A stretch of 32,000 bases of DNA from Nitrosospira briensis C-128 (GTDB lineage Bacteria > Pseudomonadota > Gammaproteobacteria > Burkholderiales > Nitrosomonadaceae). The translations under genes were made by a program, and so were the position numbers. Shown piece after piece: positions 29,060 to 32,000 of the stretch. Position 1 is the stretch's first letter; each line of letters starts with the position of its first letter. Below the pieces are notes generated by a model. The model searched no databases. It was not told where the DNA came from and worked only from the letters and a program-made list of their open reading frames with translations. Location of the stretch: contig NZ_CP012371.1 of assembly GCF_000619905.2 (NCBI RefSeq), positions 2,841,942 to 2,873,941 of the forward strand. The letters are read 5' to 3'.

Positions 29060-30178
29060 TTAAAGCAGGACCATATTATCTCTATGGATGAGTTCCGGTT
29101 CACCTAAATAACCCAGAACAGTCTCGATTTCGCTACTTGCGCGCCGCAGAATTCTCCGGGTTTCCGCAGCGTTGTAATTAATGAGTCCTCGCGCAATTTC
29201 CCGTCCGATGGGATCGAGGCAGCCTACCAGTTCGCCGCGCTCGAAGGTACCAATGACATTTGTAACGCCTATCGGTAAAAGACTTTTGCCACCCACTGCA
29301 AGTGCTTCCACGGCGCCCTCATCCAGCATGATATTTCCGCGAATTTGCAGGTGGTCTGCAAGCCATTGTTTGCGCGCCGCCAGGGTCAGGGTTTCCGCCA
29401 TTAGTTGCGTGCCAACGGCTTCTCCCTTTGCGAGACGAATCAGGACATCAGCCTCATGACCCGATGCGATGATGGTGTGAGCACCGCTGCGCGCCGCGCG
29501 CTTCGCTGCTATTACCTTCGTCAGCATGCCCCCGCGTCCTATGTCGCTGCCCGCCCCGCCGGCCATCGATTCAATGGCAGGGTCTCCAGCCCTGGCTTCT
29601 TCCACGAGCTTTGCGTGCGCATCCTTGCGCGGGTCGGCCGTAAATAATCCGCCCTGATCCGTAAGAATCACGAGCACATCGGCTTCAATCAGATTGGTTA
29701 CCAGTGCAGCAAGCGTATCGTTATCGCCAAAGCGGATCTCGTCGGTCGCCACCGTGTCATTTTCGTTGATAACCGGGATGACGTTCATGCTTAATAGCGT
29801 GATCAGTGTCGAGCGCGCATTGAGGTAGCGTTTCCGGTCGGATAAATCCTCGTGAGTGAGCAGTATTTGCGCAGCCTGGATCCCATGGGTGCGAAAACAG
29901 TGTTCATAGGCCTGCACCAGCCCCATTTGCCCGACTGCGGCAGCCGCTTGCAGTTCATGCAATGCATGGGGACGTTTTTTCCATTTCAGGCGCCGCATGC
30001 CTTCCGCTATCGCGCCGGAAGAAACCAGTACGACCTCCTTGCCCATTTCCTTGAGCTTGGCAATTTGCTCCGCCCAGCCCGCAAGGGCTGTATGATCGAG
30101 CCCTTGCCCCTGGTTAGTGACGAGGCTGCTGCCAACCTTGATGACGATGCGCCGCGATTGTTTTAAAATGGATTCCAT
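29060..30178 (-). CDS. proB: Glutamate 5-kinase
   Basis: 372 aa with an amino-acid kinase fold ([22 protein letters not shown]) and a C-terminal PUA domain. Confidence 0.96.
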   Translation of the reverse strand: MESILKQSRRIVIKVGSSLVTNQGQGLDHTALAGWAEQIAKLKEMGKEVVLVSSGAIAEGMRRLKWKKRPHALHELQAAAAVGQMGLVQAYEHCFRTHGIQAAQILLTHEDLSDRKRYLNARSTLITLLSMNVIPVINENDTVATDEIRFGDNDTLAALVTNLIEADVLVILTDQGGLFTADPRKDAHAKLVEEARAGDPAIESMAGGAGSDIGRGGMLTKVIAAKRAARSGAHTIIASGHEADVLIRLAKGEAVGTQLMAETLTLAARKQWLADHLQIRGNIMLDEGAVEALAVGGKSLLPIGVTNVIGTFERGELVGCLDPIGREIARGLINYNAAETRRILRRASSEIETVLGYLGEPELIHRDNMVLL

Positions 30179-30269
30179 ATCTGATTCTACGTTGTGGTCG
30201 CCGGATTATATGCATGCGCCAGGCCAAAGGATGAGGTAGATAGCATGCAGCTTCGTCATTTCCCTTTCA

Positions 30270-30443
30270 CCCAGATAATTCATTAGGCGGCTCTGCGAGC
30301 CTACCCGAGTGCTGGCGGTCGGTTTTCGGCCATTTTCGCTACCTGCGCGGCGTCCATAGACCAAGCTATGGACTACTCTCAACCGGCAAAACTGTCTCGC
30401 AACCTGCCTCGCCATCATCTCGCGTCCTAATGGATTATCTGGG
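30270..30443. repeat. 174-bp element bounded by 18-19 bp terminal inverted repeats (MITE-like or structured RNA)
   Basis: CCCAGATAATTCATTAGG (30270..30287) matches the reverse complement of CCTAATGGATTATCTGGG (30426..30443) at 17 of 18 positions, and the flanking A30269/T30444 also pair. The interior contains a perfect 8-bp hairpin, GTCCATAG-ACCAAG-CTATGGAC (30352..30373), and smaller GC hairpins. It lies in the 285-bp obg-proB spacer. Confidence 0.55.
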
Positions 30444-30463
30444 TTTAAAGAAAAGCCCGCGAC

Positions 30464-31552
<1,089 letters not shown>

Positions 31553-31565
31553 TTATCGGCGGTAC

Positions 31566-31597
31566 AAACAAAAAAGCCCTATCGGTATGACAGGGCT
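31566..31597 (-). terminator. Rho-independent terminator/attenuator between rpmA and obg
   Basis: On the minus strand: AGCCCTGTC, loop ATACC, GATAGGGCT (9 bp with one G-U), followed by TTTTTGTTT. Confidence 0.65.
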
Positions 31598-31619
31598 CTT
31601 TAAGCGGAGATCAGTAATA

Positions 31620-31877
31620 CTAGACCGGTACGACGCTCACTACTTTACGTTGTGGCGAGCCCTTGACGCCGAAATTGACCTTGCCGTCGATCTTGGCGAA
31701 CAACGTGTGGTCCTTGCCCATGCCAACATTCTCACCGGCATGAACTCTCGTGCCGCGCTGACGAATGATGATACTTCCAGCCGGAATCAATTCGCCGCCA
31801 AAAGTTTTTACCCCCAGGCGTTTGGAATTCGAATCACGACCGTTTCTGGAACTGCCGCCTGCTTTCTTATGTGCCAT
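31620..31877 (-). CDS. rpmA: 50S ribosomal protein L27
   Basis: 85 aa, [24 protein letters not shown]..., with GGAGAG upstream. Confidence 0.98.
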   Translation of the reverse strand: MAHKKAGGSSRNGRDSNSKRLGVKTFGGELIPAGSIIIRQRGTRVHAGENVGMGKDHTLFAKIDGKVNFGVKGSPQRKVVSVVPV

Positions 31878-31888
31878 GGTAAACTCTC

Positions 31889-32000
31889 CTAGACCGAAAT
31901 GCCAGTAATCTGGATCTCGGTGTAATTCTGCCGGTGTCCTTGATGTTTCTGGTAGTGTTTGCGCCGGCGCAGCTTGAAAATGCGCACCTTGGCGTGTCTG
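31889..32000 (-). CDS. rplU: 50S ribosomal protein L21, C-terminal part (cut by the window edge)
   Basis: My translation of the minus strand gives ...[33 protein letters not shown], with the stop at 31891..31889. This matches the L21 C-terminus, and the position upstream of rpmA is conserved. Confidence 0.9.
   Translation of the reverse strand, partial: RHAKVRIFKLRRRKHYQKHQGHRQNYTEIQITGISV

Noticed and set aside
30206-30418. 70-aa - strand ORF in the obg-proB spacer
   Set aside because: It starts inside the inverted-repeat element and crosses one terminal repeat. It is Arg-rich with no SD, so it is more likely non-coding.

Overview
This 32-kb chromosomal window looks like a betaproteobacterial ammonia oxidiser (Nitrosospira/Nitrosomonas-like). 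That placement is inferred only from a full-length AmoC homologue and the gene order; no search was run. Most of the window is housekeeping. On the + strand: rimP-nusA-infB-rbfA-truB, then ffs(SRP RNA)-dnaX-ybaB-recR, rluB, an EamA transporter and a 2-hydroxyacid dehydrogenase. On the - strand: acs plus an edge-truncated MBL-fold gene, prmB, dapE-dapD-dapC, and rplU(partial)-rpmA-obg-proB plus a DUF442-like gene. Non-core content falls into four patches. (1) Two tandem paralogous orphan response regulators, REC-PAS and REC-GGDEF, sit at 8.6-10.7 kb. (2) An initiator tRNA-fMet is followed by about 3 kb holding a frameshifted PEP-CTERM gene behind a sigma-54-type promoter, and a singleton amoC with a long, motif-rich leader. 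(3) A four-gene cluster at 25.3-28.6 kb encodes a rubredoxin-less rubrerythrin, a 4Fe-4S/CCG oxidoreductase, a DUF3501-like protein and a secreted CNP1-like protein; I rate this the best candidate for an uncharacterised system. (4) A 174-bp element bounded by 18-19 bp inverted repeats lies between obg and proB. I found no CRISPR array, IS element, integrase, prophage or recognisable defence gene. All family names come from my own reading of motifs in the translations. Small-motif coordinates were hand-indexed and anchored to ORF-track boundaries.
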